This document shows, one piece after another, positions 32,125 through 42,234 of a stretch of 63,180 nt of DNA. The stretch comes from a virus (taxonomy: Duplodnaviria; Caudoviricetes): positions 1 through 63,180 of IMG/VR virus record IMGVR_UViG_3300042898_003076, one strand, 5' to 3'. The position numbers and the translations under genes were made by a program. Position 1 is the first letter of the stretch. Each line of letters begins with the position of its first letter. The notes beneath the pieces were generated by a model. The model did no database searches, was not told the origin of the DNA, and worked only from the letters and a program-made list of their open reading frames with translations.

Positions 32125-33615
32125 TTAAGGTATAATTGGAGGACAACCTATAGCTGGATCTGTACAATCACCTGTTAATATTTGATTAATTGTTACAATA
32201 AGACCTCTACATTTATCTGGTACAGGTACTGTTTGTGAACAAATATATCCTGAACCTGAGATTAATGTAACTACAGCAACTCCTGCACAGTTTATAGAAT
32301 TAAAATCACAAGATGCTACAAACCCCGGAGTATCATAATCAACTGTAACTTGGTAACAAATACAAGGTATTGGAGCAGGTGATATACAAGCTGAACAGTC
32401 TGCAGATTGTTGTGTAATTAATAAATCTGATAAACAGGCTGATACAAATGTACTTGGAGTTGGTGCACATAAATATAAAACTTGCTCTACTTGTATATTT
32501 TCAAATATTGTAGTATTAGTTAAACAATCTTTGTATGTAAATTCACAAGGTGCAATTCCACCGTTTTCTATTCTATAACAAGCACAATTTAGAGGAGGAG
32601 GTGATACACAAGGTTCAGAGTCACAATCGTCTAATATGTTTACAATTACTTCAGGAGAAACTACCGGATATGTGTCAGAACAATATCTGTATACACCTTG
32701 ATTTAAGTTATAACTTGTAGTTTGACCTTGACAAGTTACTTGTAAAGGAATTGGAGCTAAGTTAGGAGCTGTAATAACAAACTCATAACAAGTACATGGA
32801 GGCGGAGGATTTGTACATGTAACTGTAGAACAGTCTGCTAATTGCAAATATGTAATAGCAGGATTAGAAACTACAGGTTCTGATTCAGAACAATAATAGT
32901 GATCACCAATAGTTAAATTTGTATGTGGTGTAGTAACACCGTTACAAGTTACTGTAACAGATTTTGTACCTATAAACTCTGGTACTGTTATTTTATAGCA
33001 GTAGCAAATTGGAAAAGGAGGACCTTTTTCTATAGTCACATTACAACCATCACACTTGATGATGATACCTTCATTTAGTATTTCTTTGTATATGCTACAA
33101 AGTTCTTCATCAGTTAAGGCTGGTGTTACTTTTAATAAGTTGGATAAAACTGCACAAAAAGGAGAAGATTCTGTAAGCTCAAGTGTTCCATACTCTACAA
33201 TACCTATTTGTTGTAATTCATTGCAACAAGCTGCTCCTAATTTAGAAGTAAGTTCATTTACACAAGATGAAAAATTGTTTGTACAACAATCATAAGTGTA
33301 ACGCTCTAAGAAAGTTGTATAAGCTGTACTACTTGTAACACTACTAATATTAACGCAACAGTTTAACTTGTCACCATATTGGTAACCTAATGTGTCTAAT
33401 ATTATCGTAGCCTTAGGAAGGCTTGCTAAAAAATAAATTCTTTGTGTACCATCTAAACATTCTGGACAGCAATAAGACCCGTCACCATTGCTTATTGATA
33501 ATCCTGTTTGTAACATGTTAGTCAACAAGTTTAGATAGGTTGTGCTGTTGTTGTTTGAGGCGGGTGTTCCTGATGTAGAACTTGTGTTGCCGTTTGGATA
33601 ATATATTGTTCCCAT
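32125..33615 (-). CDS. Cys-rich structural protein with four tandem C-x-CY repeats
   Basis: N-domain paralogous to 33624..34397; repeats ICYCYKI, CTCYEF, CACYRI, CICYQV. Confidence 0.7.
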   Translation of the reverse strand: MGTIYYPNGNTSSTSGTPASNNNSTTYLNLLTNMLQTGLSISNGDGSYCCPECLDGTQRIYFLASLPKATIILDTLGYQYGDKLNCCVNISSVTSSTAYTTFLERYTYDCCTNNFSSCVNELTSKLGAACCNELQQIGIVEYGTLELTESSPFCAVLSNLLKVTPALTDEELCSIYKEILNEGIIIKCDGCNVTIEKGPPFPICYCYKITVPEFIGTKSVTVTCNGVTTPHTNLTIGDHYYCSESEPVVSNPAITYLQLADCSTVTCTNPPPPCTCYEFVITAPNLAPIPLQVTCQGQTTSYNLNQGVYRYCSDTYPVVSPEVIVNILDDCDSEPCVSPPPLNCACYRIENGGIAPCEFTYKDCLTNTTIFENIQVEQVLYLCAPTPSTFVSACLSDLLITQQSADCSACISPAPIPCICYQVTVDYDTPGFVASCDFNSINCAGVAVVTLISGSGYICSQTVPVPDKCRGLIVTINQILTGDCTDPAIGCPPIIP

Positions 33616-33623
33616 AGTTGTTA

Positions 33624-34397
33624 TTAATTAGCGTTATTCCATGTTATAAAAGCGTCTGCACTTCCTATAAAGATTTGACCATTATAACAGCCATATACAA
33701 AACCTTTTGTCATAAGGTTGCTTACAAAAGTTCCTAGATTAGCAGAAGAAAGAGTTGGTGTAATAGCCGTTAAAGTGTTTATCAAGTTGCAAACTTCAGT
33801 TTTGTAACCTGCTGTAGGTAACTCAACAATTCCTGTTGTAAGTAAAGCAGCTTGGTTATTAACTTTACTGAATAGTAAATTCACACATGCTTCAAATGTA
33901 TTATCACATTTTACAGGGAAAGACCAATTTTTGTTATTAAAGAAGTTGTTTATACTTGTAGATACTGTTGAGTTTGTTCTAAAGTTTAAACAGCAGTTAG
34001 GTGGATAGTTAATATTATTTTGAACTAACAAGTACTTGCTAGCTCCTCCTAAGTAATAAATATCATCACCGCAGCAACCAGGACAACATAAAGGTTTATT
34101 TCCTGTATTGCTCATTACTATACCACCATCCATCAATGTGTTCCAAGATGTAACAATATCTGTTATTGACGGTGTTGTTGCTTGAGCTACAGCAGTGTTA
34201 ATAGCATATATTAGGGGGCTTGTACAGTTTGTGTTTTGACAAGGTTGATCAATATAACAGTTTAATATTTCACCGAAGAAAAAGTCAAAAGGAGACTTAC
34301 AAGTTCTAGTAGGTGGAGGTGGTGGCACAGGTTTTGGACAACAACATACCGGTTGATAACAGGTATTACATGTACTCATTTGATTATAACAGCTCAT
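33624..34397 (-). CDS. Cys-rich protein, paralog of N-domain of 32125..33615
   Basis: Shared CCP.C..IY.L...NCC.N...C.N.F..CVN.L.SK...GIVE pattern. Confidence 0.7.
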   Translation of the reverse strand: MSCYNQMSTCNTCYQPVCCCPKPVPPPPPTRTCKSPFDFFFGEILNCYIDQPCQNTNCTSPLIYAINTAVAQATTPSITDIVTSWNTLMDGGIVMSNTGNKPLCCPGCCGDDIYYLGGASKYLLVQNNINYPPNCCLNFRTNSTVSTSINNFFNNKNWSFPVKCDNTFEACVNLLFSKVNNQAALLTTGIVELPTAGYKTEVCNLINTLTAITPTLSSANLGTFVSNLMTKGFVYGCYNGQIFIGSADAFITWNNAN

Positions 34398-37300
34398 GGT
34401 AAATTTGGATTTTTAATTGATTGAAGATCTAATAATTCTTTTTTGATGTCCCATTTGTCCAGGTCCTCATCACAACAAACTGTTAATCCGTATCTAGCTG
34501 AAAGCATTTGGTTATTAACTTGATCAGCATAAGTACAGTTTACTTTGTCATAATATTCAGGAGAACAAACTGGTGTTTTGTAACCTGGTTCTACAGCTCT
34601 TGTCTTAAGAGCTATAACCGGTATAACTACTGCAGGAGGTGGAGCACAAGCTTCACATGGTGTTGGTTGATCTACAATAGGAATTGTCACACAAATTTTA
34701 GGAGCACATACTGGTGTACCTTGAGGATCTATATAACATAAGTCTCCGTAAGTTGCTGTTCCTGTAGCTATTATAGTTATAATAGGACATGGTGACGTAT
34801 CATCTGCTTCAAATGTAAACACACCTAGATTTAAACTATTCAACCAGTCAATCCAGTTTTGAGGATCACAGTATCCAATAGCAGGTGAGTTGTATTGAGT
34901 ACCGTTGATGATTATTCTTATAAGGTCTGTTGCCTCATATGTAAGAATAGCTTCATAACGACAAACTTTAGTTTGAACAGGTGCAGGAAAGCATTCAAGT
35001 ACTGTAACTTCTTTTATACAACCGTCACAACTTTCAGCTAACTCTACTTGCCAACAAACATCTTCACAGTCTTTTATTTTTATTACACCACCTACGCAAT
35101 CAGCAAGATCTGTTCCTGTGACAACAATAGGATCTTCTATACCTTTACAATCAGTAAGGATGTAGCATATTCTTTTACAAGCTTCACAAGAAGCAAAGCC
35201 GTCTCCAAAATCACCTAAAAAATCAGGACCTATAGCAGAGTCTGCTGGTAAAACAGATACACAGTAACAACCTGGTGCCCAAACCGGATTAGGAGGAGGA
35301 TCACAATCACAAGTTGCCTCTCTGTTTACAATAACTTCTGTAGGGTCTTCACAAATTTGACCGTCAGGATTTGCAGTAACTGTGAAGCAAGATCCTGGAT
35401 AACCTACAAGTACAACACTTGTATTAAGATATTGGTATAAGTTTGTAATACTACAGATATCTGGTACTATACCTTTACAGTCAGTAAGTGTATAAGCGTA
35501 TGGTTGTGGCTCAATTGTTTTTAATAAAGGTGGTGGTGATGGTATACAAACTTTAAAGTAGCCATTGTTTACATAATCAGATAAATCTGTATTAGTAATA
35601 AAGTCTGCTTGCTTACCGTCACAATCAACAACTTTGTAAGTTGGTTCACATGGTACATAAGGAGCCGTTTGTATTACAGTACAGCTTGGTCCGCTACCAC
35701 AGTCAGTAAAAGTTGAACCCGGAGGACAAATATATCCTGAGTTTACACCTGTAGAAAAAGCAGTGCCAATCTTATTAAAGGTACTGAATATTGTAATACT
35801 AGGATTTTGAAGTTGAGCAGCTGTAGTAAATGCTTGTAGAGTAACTGAATTTGCATTATAAATTTCAGCACCAAATGCTGCTGCTCCACTGTCATTTAAA
35901 CCTTCTAGTTTAAACACATGGAAACCTTGAGTTAATGTAATCTCAAATACATGCCAGAAGTTAAAGTTGAATACATTTACATTAAGAGCTTGTACTATTA
36001 ACGTACCATCTACGCTTAATCTAAACTTATTATCACCGGCAACACCAATACAATAAGTTTTTGTAGTAGGAATATTAACACAAGCTGTAAAACCAATCCA
36101 CTCATTAACAGGATTAGGAGATGATGTTGTCCAAATACCAACGGTGTTTAACCTTGAATTTGGTCCACTACCCCATACACCAGCTGTAAGCGGTGATCCT
36201 GAATAAACAGTAAGGTTGGTAGAAGCAGCATCTTGAAAGTCGCTTGCTCCAACTTGCGTAAGAGGAAAAGGTAAAGTTGTAATGTTATTGTAAAAGTTTG
36301 CACCTAAAGAACCGTAGGCTGCATTCTTGTCTCCGGGGGCAGCAATATAAGTTATTGGACCAGGTGTAGCAGGAACAGTTACTATTTTTTGACAAATGTC
36401 TCCTACTTTTTCATATCCTGGAGGACAATAACAAGCATTGCATTCATCACAAGATAAAACACTAGATGTAGGATTAGCAATTGTAATATCATTGTCACAT
36501 GTTTGTGAAAGTTTTACAGTATAGCATGCACAGCCATCAGAAACACAAACTTTTATAATCTCATTAAGATATGAGCTTAAGTTGTTGTTTACTATAATAG
36601 AAGAAAGAGTTTTATCACATGGCTCTAGTAAATAGCAAGAGCTTTTACAAGCTAAACAAGTTGGATAATTATTATAACTTACAACTTCAGTCCAGTTTAT
36701 AGCATTAATACAGTCACTGTTAGGTCCTATTATTTCAAGTTCATAACAACCTACAACACAACCACCAGCTGCTGGTGTAAAACATAAATCACCTAATACT
36801 TGACCTACTAAAGTAGCTGGATTAGGTATGCTAGGATTTGTATTTGGAACTGTATAAGATACAGTATAAACAATTTGTTGAGTATCACAGTCTTTAAGAC
36901 CATAGCATACTTGAGTACAAATTTCACAAGTATCTTTAAAATTAATAAGCTTACGTGGTACGGCACCATCACAAGATTCTGCTTCTTCTACTCTCCAACA
37001 ACCATTTACACATGTTTCAGATTTACCAGAAATAGTACAAACAGTTCCTACAACTTGTCCTACATATAAGCTTAAATTAACACCGTTAGTTGTTGGATTG
37101 AATACGGTTATGTAATCTTGATCTGTAGTACAATCTACTAATAGATAACATTCACAAGTGCATATTACAGGAGAAGGGATTAGAATGGGATTAAAACATT
37201 GACCTCTCAAGGCTTCTTCTACTAAGAAACATTGACCAGCATAACCAGGAACACCACTAATACTTAAAGATGGTGTTACATAAGCTGAAAGATTTGATGT

Positions 37301-38428
37301 TGAATATATTACAGTTTGTCCATCACAAGATGTTAGCTTATAACAAGTTACGCCTGCAGAAAGACAAGTAATACAATCTACTTGCGTAGTGTAAGTAATA
37401 GTTGGAATAGAAGTTAAACAGGTTGTTTCACCTTTTACTTTCCAACAATTAGGTACCCCAGGAGGAAGAGGAAAAATACTAGTAATTGATATTACTGTAT
37501 TAAATCCAGGATATGTTGGTGTAGAAACTTGGTAAGTTATAAGTTCATCATCACAGGCTACAATGTTATAGCAACGAGGACAGTCACAAGGTTCTACAGT
37601 TTCAGTATTAACTATAATAGGACTTTCACAAACTCCTGAAGCTGTACTTACAGTATAGCAACCGGTTAATCCACCGCCTGTTATAGTTTCTTCTAAGTAA
37701 TCCTCTAGATTAGAATTTGTACAAAGTGTAGTTCCGTCAAAATCACAAGGTTGTAAAATGTAATACAAACCTAAACAAAGCATACAGCTTGTTTGAGGAG
37801 TGTAAGTAGTTATAGCAGTTTCAGTGCTATCGCAAGTTACAGCACCAACTACACTCCAGCAGTTAGGAAATATCTCATAACCTGGTGGAATGTCTATTGC
37901 ATTAAGACTTAATACATCATTTGCAAAAAGAGCTCCTGTGTAACTTATATTAAAAGTTGCACCAATAACTTCACAGTTTCTAATTTGATAACAGATAGCG
38001 CATACACAAGGTTGAACACAAGTAACAGGTGCAGCATCTGCACACATTGCTATAGGTTTTGACCCCACAATAAAACATCCAGGATATTCATCAACACTTA
38101 TATTAAATCCTACATAAGAATTAAGGTTTGTTAAGGTATCAAATGTAATAGCAGGATTATTACAATCTGTAAGAGTATAACAAATTCCTGTATTACCACA
38201 TTCACATACGCCTAAAATATCAGCTTCTGTAAACGGATCAATTGGCCCACAAGAACATGGCGCAAAAACTTCTTCTACTGTAAAGCATATATCTAATGGA
38301 TAACCTCCAGCTATAGTGTAAGGAAAAATTTCAGTAGTACCTCCAACTAAAGGAGCAAGAGTTGCTTGATTAGAATAAATAACCGTAGTATTACTAGCTA
38401 TACAAGAAGAGAGTTTATAACATGCCAT
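34394..38428 (-). CDS. Large Cys-rich repeat protein (1344 aa), putative fibre/receptor-binding protein with PA14-like domain
   Basis: More than ten CY-x-L-x-x-C modules; GVAGDNKFRLSVDG...ITLTQGFHVFKLEGLN lectin-like domain flanked by CPPG motifs; ATGA coupling to next gene. Confidence 0.7.
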   Translation of the reverse strand: MACYKLSSCIASNTTVIYSNQATLAPLVGGTTEIFPYTIAGGYPLDICFTVEEVFAPCSCGPIDPFTEADILGVCECGNTGICYTLTDCNNPAITFDTLTNLNSYVGFNISVDEYPGCFIVGSKPIAMCADAAPVTCVQPCVCAICYQIRNCEVIGATFNISYTGALFANDVLSLNAIDIPPGYEIFPNCWSVVGAVTCDSTETAITTYTPQTSCMLCLGLYYILQPCDFDGTTLCTNSNLEDYLEETITGGGLTGCYTVSTASGVCESPIIVNTETVEPCDCPRCYNIVACDDELITYQVSTPTYPGFNTVISITSIFPLPPGVPNCWKVKGETTCLTSIPTITYTTQVDCITCLSAGVTCYKLTSCDGQTVIYSTSNLSAYVTPSLSISGVPGYAGQCFLVEEALRGQCFNPILIPSPVICTCECYLLVDCTTDQDYITVFNPTTNGVNLSLYVGQVVGTVCTISGKSETCVNGCWRVEEAESCDGAVPRKLINFKDTCEICTQVCYGLKDCDTQQIVYTVSYTVPNTNPSIPNPATLVGQVLGDLCFTPAAGGCVVGCYELEIIGPNSDCINAINWTEVVSYNNYPTCLACKSSCYLLEPCDKTLSSIIVNNNLSSYLNEIIKVCVSDGCACYTVKLSQTCDNDITIANPTSSVLSCDECNACYCPPGYEKVGDICQKIVTVPATPGPITYIAAPGDKNAAYGSLGANFYNNITTLPFPLTQVGASDFQDAASTNLTVYSGSPLTAGVWGSGPNSRLNTVGIWTTSSPNPVNEWIGFTACVNIPTTKTYCIGVAGDNKFRLSVDGTLIVQALNVNVFNFNFWHVFEITLTQGFHVFKLEGLNDSGAAAFGAEIYNANSVTLQAFTTAAQLQNPSITIFSTFNKIGTAFSTGVNSGYICPPGSTFTDCGSGPSCTVIQTAPYVPCEPTYKVVDCDGKQADFITNTDLSDYVNNGYFKVCIPSPPPLLKTIEPQPYAYTLTDCKGIVPDICSITNLYQYLNTSVVLVGYPGSCFTVTANPDGQICEDPTEVIVNREATCDCDPPPNPVWAPGCYCVSVLPADSAIGPDFLGDFGDGFASCEACKRICYILTDCKGIEDPIVVTGTDLADCVGGVIKIKDCEDVCWQVELAESCDGCIKEVTVLECFPAPVQTKVCRYEAILTYEATDLIRIIINGTQYNSPAIGYCDPQNWIDWLNSLNLGVFTFEADDTSPCPIITIIATGTATYGDLCYIDPQGTPVCAPKICVTIPIVDQPTPCEACAPPPAVVIPVIALKTRAVEPGYKTPVCSPEYYDKVNCTYADQVNNQMLSARYGLTVCCDEDLDKWDIKKELLDLQSIKNPNLP

Positions 38429-38437
38429 TTCTATATA

Positions 38438-38614
38438 TTATTTTTTAGGCTGAAACAAAGTTGTTGTTGTTTGTTTTGGTGTTGATGGATTAGATGTCAA
38501 TTGAGCTTCATAAGAAGCAATACATTTAGCACATACTTGTGCACCATTACGCGCTGTTCTTTTTTGACAACCACAGCCTAGAGTTGTTTTGCAATTTGGA
38601 CATTGGATTCCCAT
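38438..38614 (-). CDS. Small Cys-rich protein (58 aa), not in ORF track
   Basis: MGIQCPNCKTTLGCGCQKRTARNGAQVCAKCIASYEAQL...PKK*; fills the gap with an A-rich leader. Confidence 0.7.
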   Translation of the reverse strand: MGIQCPNCKTTLGCGCQKRTARNGAQVCAKCIASYEAQLTSNPSTPKQTTTTLFQPKK

Positions 38615-38635
38615 ACTTTTTTTGTTTTTATTGGT

Positions 38636-39202
38636 TTAGTAATTTCTATTATTACAGGTTGTACAAGTCATTTTATCTAAAAGCCTTGTAGCGTAACCAT
38701 ATAGATCCATGCCTTTTTTTGGTTGATGGCAAGTTTCTACCATGGCTTTTGCAGCTTTTAAATATTGTTGTATTAGCCTGATTTTGTTTAATTTATCAAG
38801 TAATGTTTGAGGTGGCTCACAAGTTCCTAAGTCAAGATCACAATATATCCCTTCTACGCGGTTTAGTGCTTTTGTAATACGCAAGTGATTATATTCAGCA
38901 TATACAATCTCATTAGGAGATACGCTGTATTTTATAATGTAGATACCATCAGGAAGCTCATTGTAATTAGAACCACATCCAGCACTTTGTACACCAAGAT
39001 CACAAGCAGTAAGATTAAGACTAAATCCTGGTTGTAGTTGTGGCTCAGTAATTTGAGCCGGTGTGCTAAAACCTGGCAATGTTATTTGTAGAAGAGGACA
39101 GATTACAGGAATCTGATCATTGTAAACGCTTGTATCTATAACTCTTAGTATACATCTGTTTAGTGTATCTGGGGCTTCTAGACTTAATACATGTTGTGCC
39201 AT
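38636..39202 (-). CDS. Structural protein, possible tail hub/collar (likely start MAQHVLSL)
   Basis: DTSVY...LQITLPG...ELPDGIYIIKYSVSP motif common in crAss-like structural proteins; the ORF-track start overlaps a terminator. Confidence 0.55.
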   Translation of the reverse strand: MAQHVLSLEAPDTLNRCILRVIDTSVYNDQIPVICPLLQITLPGFSTPAQITEPQLQPGFSLNLTACDLGVQSAGCGSNYNELPDGIYIIKYSVSPNEIVYAEYNHLRITKALNRVEGIYCDLDLGTCEPPQTLLDKLNKIRLIQQYLKAAKAMVETCHQPKKGMDLYGYATRLLDKMTCTTCNNRNY

Positions 39203-39228
39203 TTTATTGTTTGTAAGTTGAATTAAAG

Positions 39229-39264
39229 AAAAAAAAGGGAGGAGAAACATATTCTCTCTCCCTT
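39229..39264 (-). terminator. Rho-independent terminator after the 474-aa gene
   Basis: Minus strand GGGAGAGAGAA-TATGT-TTCTCCTCCC then an 8-T run. Confidence 0.7.
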
Positions 39265-39289
39265 ATTAATTTTAAAATAAAGTTGCTGA

Positions 39290-40714
39290 TTAGCAAGGAG
39301 GAGTCGGAACTACTCCGCCGTCAGTAACTACACAACAACGAGTACAATCTTCAGTTTCTAACTCAACACAGTTAGGGCAACTTGCTAACCAAGCGGTTAA
39401 GAAAGCCTCTAAAGCTGCGTTAGTTCCATTTGAAATAATCTCTAACATGTAGCGGTCATTGTCAAAAGTTCCAGTTGGGTTGTTGAAACGTGGTACACTG
39501 TGTAAGATGTAATATCTTGTGTACAATGCATTACGGTCAACACTGTTAAGGATTTGATCTCCTTGAGTGATTTCCCTGATACGAATATCAGTTGCAAAGA
39601 AGTTTTGTAAGTATCTCTCTGATAAAATCAAGTCACGAACAACTTGCTCACCAAAGCCCATACCTTGGATACCACGACAATCGTTGTATACACAAAGTCC
39701 TTCAAATACACATGGATCACCGTTGTAGTCAACTAATGAAGCATATAAACGTACTGGCTCTTTTTCAAAGAAGTCAGTAACTTGGAAAGAACAGTTACCA
39801 AACTTAGTCTCTACATAAGCACCAAATAAACGTAAACCTGCTTCACAAGTGTTAGGTAATGCACTAGTCCAAGCAATAGCTTGAGCAGAAGCTGGATAAT
39901 TAGTCCACCACTCTGCAGGAGTAACTGGAGTGTTAGTTCCATCATAAGTTACAGTAGTTCCTGGAGCATACCATGCTACTTGAGTGTAGTCATAAACTAC
40001 AGGAGCAGCTAAGTCTTTTAAGTAGTTGTTTATAACTAATGCTTTAGCCCACTCAATGTAAACTAAAGTAGGATCTACATTAGTTGGAGTAGGTCCAGTA
40101 CAACATCCTGTGTAAGCAGAAAGTGTTTGGTAAGCATTGTGATTTAAGAAACGCAATGCAGGAGAACCTTTGATGTCAATTCTTAAGTAGTAAGTTTCAC
40201 CACATAAGAAGTTGTAGCAGCAATTTGCTTGTACTGTACCACCTTGAAAATTATCAGCAGGTAATCCTGGGATAATTGTTTGAGGTGTAGTTCCAACTGA
40301 AATTACAGCTTGTTGAGGAGTACAGCTATCAACACGGTATACTTTTTGGATATACTTAGGGTTGATTAACTTTGACTTGTTTGACTCTTTGTAGCCACCA
40401 GTGTACTGGTTTAATTTATCTTTGCTCAACAATGAAGCTGAAGCTAAAGTTAATGGGCAACAAGTGTTGTAGCTGAAATAGGTTGTATCAACTGAGATCA
40501 ATCCACTTGATGGGTCATTTACGAAAAAGCCGTAGCTTCCTACTCCGTAATTGCTTGCAGCGATTGAACTAGTATTACCTAATTCTACTGATTGTTTACC
40601 TGCAGTGATTAAGAAACCATCTACAAGATTTGGGTTTGGGTTTTGTCCGGCACCAGGTCCAGAGTCTTGTGTTCCCAAGAACACTTTGTTAAAGGCGTGA
40701 TTAAAATAGGCCAT
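39290..40714 (-). CDS. Virion structural protein, probable auxiliary capsid protein
   Basis: 474 aa; CGETYYLRIDIKGS, GMGFGEQV and Y.ILH..PRF motifs; own promoter and terminator; leader similar to that of the MCP gene. Confidence 0.55.
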   Translation of the reverse strand: MAYFNHAFNKVFLGTQDSGPGAGQNPNPNLVDGFLITAGKQSVELGNTSSIAASNYGVGSYGFFVNDPSSGLISVDTTYFSYNTCCPLTLASASLLSKDKLNQYTGGYKESNKSKLINPKYIQKVYRVDSCTPQQAVISVGTTPQTIIPGLPADNFQGGTVQANCCYNFLCGETYYLRIDIKGSPALRFLNHNAYQTLSAYTGCCTGPTPTNVDPTLVYIEWAKALVINNYLKDLAAPVVYDYTQVAWYAPGTTVTYDGTNTPVTPAEWWTNYPASAQAIAWTSALPNTCEAGLRLFGAYVETKFGNCSFQVTDFFEKEPVRLYASLVDYNGDPCVFEGLCVYNDCRGIQGMGFGEQVVRDLILSERYLQNFFATDIRIREITQGDQILNSVDRNALYTRYYILHSVPRFNNPTGTFDNDRYMLEIISNGTNAALEAFLTAWLASCPNCVELETEDCTRCCVVTDGGVVPTPPC

Positions 40715-40750
40715 GTTTTCTTTTTTTTTAGGGTTTTACAAAAATATACT

Positions 40751-40780
40751 TTAATATAAGCAATTTTATTCAAATTGCAA
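40751..40780 (-). promoter_or_regulatory. Putative promoter TTG-N19-TATATTAA
   Basis: Minus strand ttg-caatttgaataaaattgct-tatattaa. Confidence 0.55.
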
Positions 40781-40792
40781 AATTTTTCTCAA

Positions 40793-41290
40793 TTATTTTA
40801 AAAAGATTAATTTGTACTTAGTTGAATTAATAGAGTCTTTTACCAAATCCAAGTTGTTAACAATTTCTGAGTAAGGCAGCATTCCTTGTAGTTTTGTGAT
40901 AATAGCTGACAAATCTCTTAAATAAGCTACAGCATCTGAAACTGTATCTAGTATTCTAGGAGTAGTTTCTGTATAAGACAAAAGTTTTTCAGAGGCTCCT
41001 TGATATCCTTCAGCTAAAGTGTCAGCATGACCTGGTAAAGCATCATAAAGTTCATTAAGCGCTTTATGTGCAGCATAAGATCCATCACCTTTTACTTTTA
41101 AATGCAGTTTATGAAAACTTGTTGCAGCATTCATAATTTCTGATACACAGGCACTTACCATAGTATCTAAAGAACTTCCACCAACTCCTGTATCTGAAGC
41201 TGGTTTTGCTTTAACAGGTTCTGCTTTTGTTTCAGGTCTGCTAATACCTTTTACAGGTTCAGGGTTTCTTTTTAATATTCTGTTTTCCAT
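40793..41290 (-). CDS. Ferritin/Dps-like protein
   Basis: FHKLHLKVKG...YAAHKALNELYDAL..HADTLAEGYQG matches the Dps ferroxidase-centre spacing (H...H...D...E). Confidence 0.75.
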   Translation of the reverse strand: MENRILKRNPEPVKGISRPETKAEPVKAKPASDTGVGGSSLDTMVSACVSEIMNAATSFHKLHLKVKGDGSYAAHKALNELYDALPGHADTLAEGYQGASEKLLSYTETTPRILDTVSDAVAYLRDLSAIITKLQGMLPYSEIVNNLDLVKDSINSTKYKLIFLK

Positions 41291-41997
41291 TAGTTATTGT
41301 TTTCTACTACTTGTTGTTGTCTTGTCATTTGTAATTGTGACTCAATATCACCGGCAATAATCTTAGCACATTCATCTACAAAGAGTTCTACTAAGTCATC
41401 TTTAAACTCAGATTGTACGTCAGTAGAAGCAATAACTCCTGTGTAAGGATCTGTAACTCCTGCTATTTGAATACCAGTTGGTTGTCTGTAATATATAAGC
41501 TCAGGTTCTACAACTTCAAATTTGTTGTTTGTATAAATCTGAACTTTATTGTCTTTAAAGGTAGCAAAAGTTTCACCCCATTCAAAGTTTGGATTTTTGT
41601 TTTTGTCTCTAAGAAGTTCATCTACGTTTGCTTGTTCAGCTAGGTAAACTATCATTCTTTTAGATCCGCAGCAATCTGTTTTAGCTTTTGTGGATATTCT
41701 CTTCCACTGAAGATAATCAGAGGGAATTGACAGACTTTCATAGTAATCTTTCTTGTCAACTATTAATAAAGGCGTTGTTGTAAGCAAGATTTGTAAGTCA
41801 TCAATACGGCGGGTTGATTGTTCATCTCCTTCTTGTTTGACGTTTAAGCCATGAAGGTTTCTACGGCACCAGTCAACCTGGCCTTTGTTGAAAGCTTCAA
41901 TAACTTGCCAGTCTTGAATATTGTCATAATCATTACTAGCTAGCTTGTTTAGCCTTTGTTTTACTTTTATGAGTATAGTTGAGTTTAGCATTTCCAC
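41290..41997 (-). CDS. Neck/ring structural protein
   Basis: KQRLNKLASN...FNKGQ...EQSTRRIDDL...LIYYRQP motifs of crAss-like head-tail ring proteins. Confidence 0.65.
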   Translation of the reverse strand: MEMLNSTILIKVKQRLNKLASNDYDNIQDWQVIEAFNKGQVDWCRRNLHGLNVKQEGDEQSTRRIDDLQILLTTTPLLIVDKKDYYESLSIPSDYLQWKRISTKAKTDCCGSKRMIVYLAEQANVDELLRDKNKNPNFEWGETFATFKDNKVQIYTNNKFEVVEPELIYYRQPTGIQIAGVTDPYTGVIASTDVQSEFKDDLVELFVDECAKIIAGDIESQLQMTRQQQVVENNN

Positions 41998-42233
41998 TTA
42001 CGTAATGACTTATTGATTCTGCTATCAGGATCATTAGCCGTTTTTGCACTAGTTAATTTTTTCTTCATTCCCTTCATGCGTGCACAAAAAGAATCTCTTC
42101 TTGATCCGCCTTCAGGTTGAGGAGCTTTTAAGTTTCCTCCAGTTTCTCTATTATAAGAAGCTCTGCCTTTAGCATTAAGACCTCCACTAGGAGCCTTACC
42201 TTCTTTACGTTGCCAAGCTGGTGATTTTGCCAT
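41985..42233 (-). CDS. Small basic conserved phage protein (82 aa)
   Basis: MAKSPAWQRKEGK..SGGLNAKGRASYN...SFCARM...DPDSRINKSLRKWKC, a family I recognise from environmental phages; function unknown. Confidence 0.75.
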   Translation of the reverse strand: MAKSPAWQRKEGKAPSGGLNAKGRASYNRETGGNLKAPQPEGGSRRDSFCARMKGMKKKLTSAKTANDPDSRINKSLRKWKC

Positions 42234-42234
42234 A

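Noticed and set aside
29710-38428. Diversity-generating retroelement acting on fibre genes
   Set aside because: No reverse transcriptase and no near-identical TR/VR pair seen; the repeats are diverged at the protein level.
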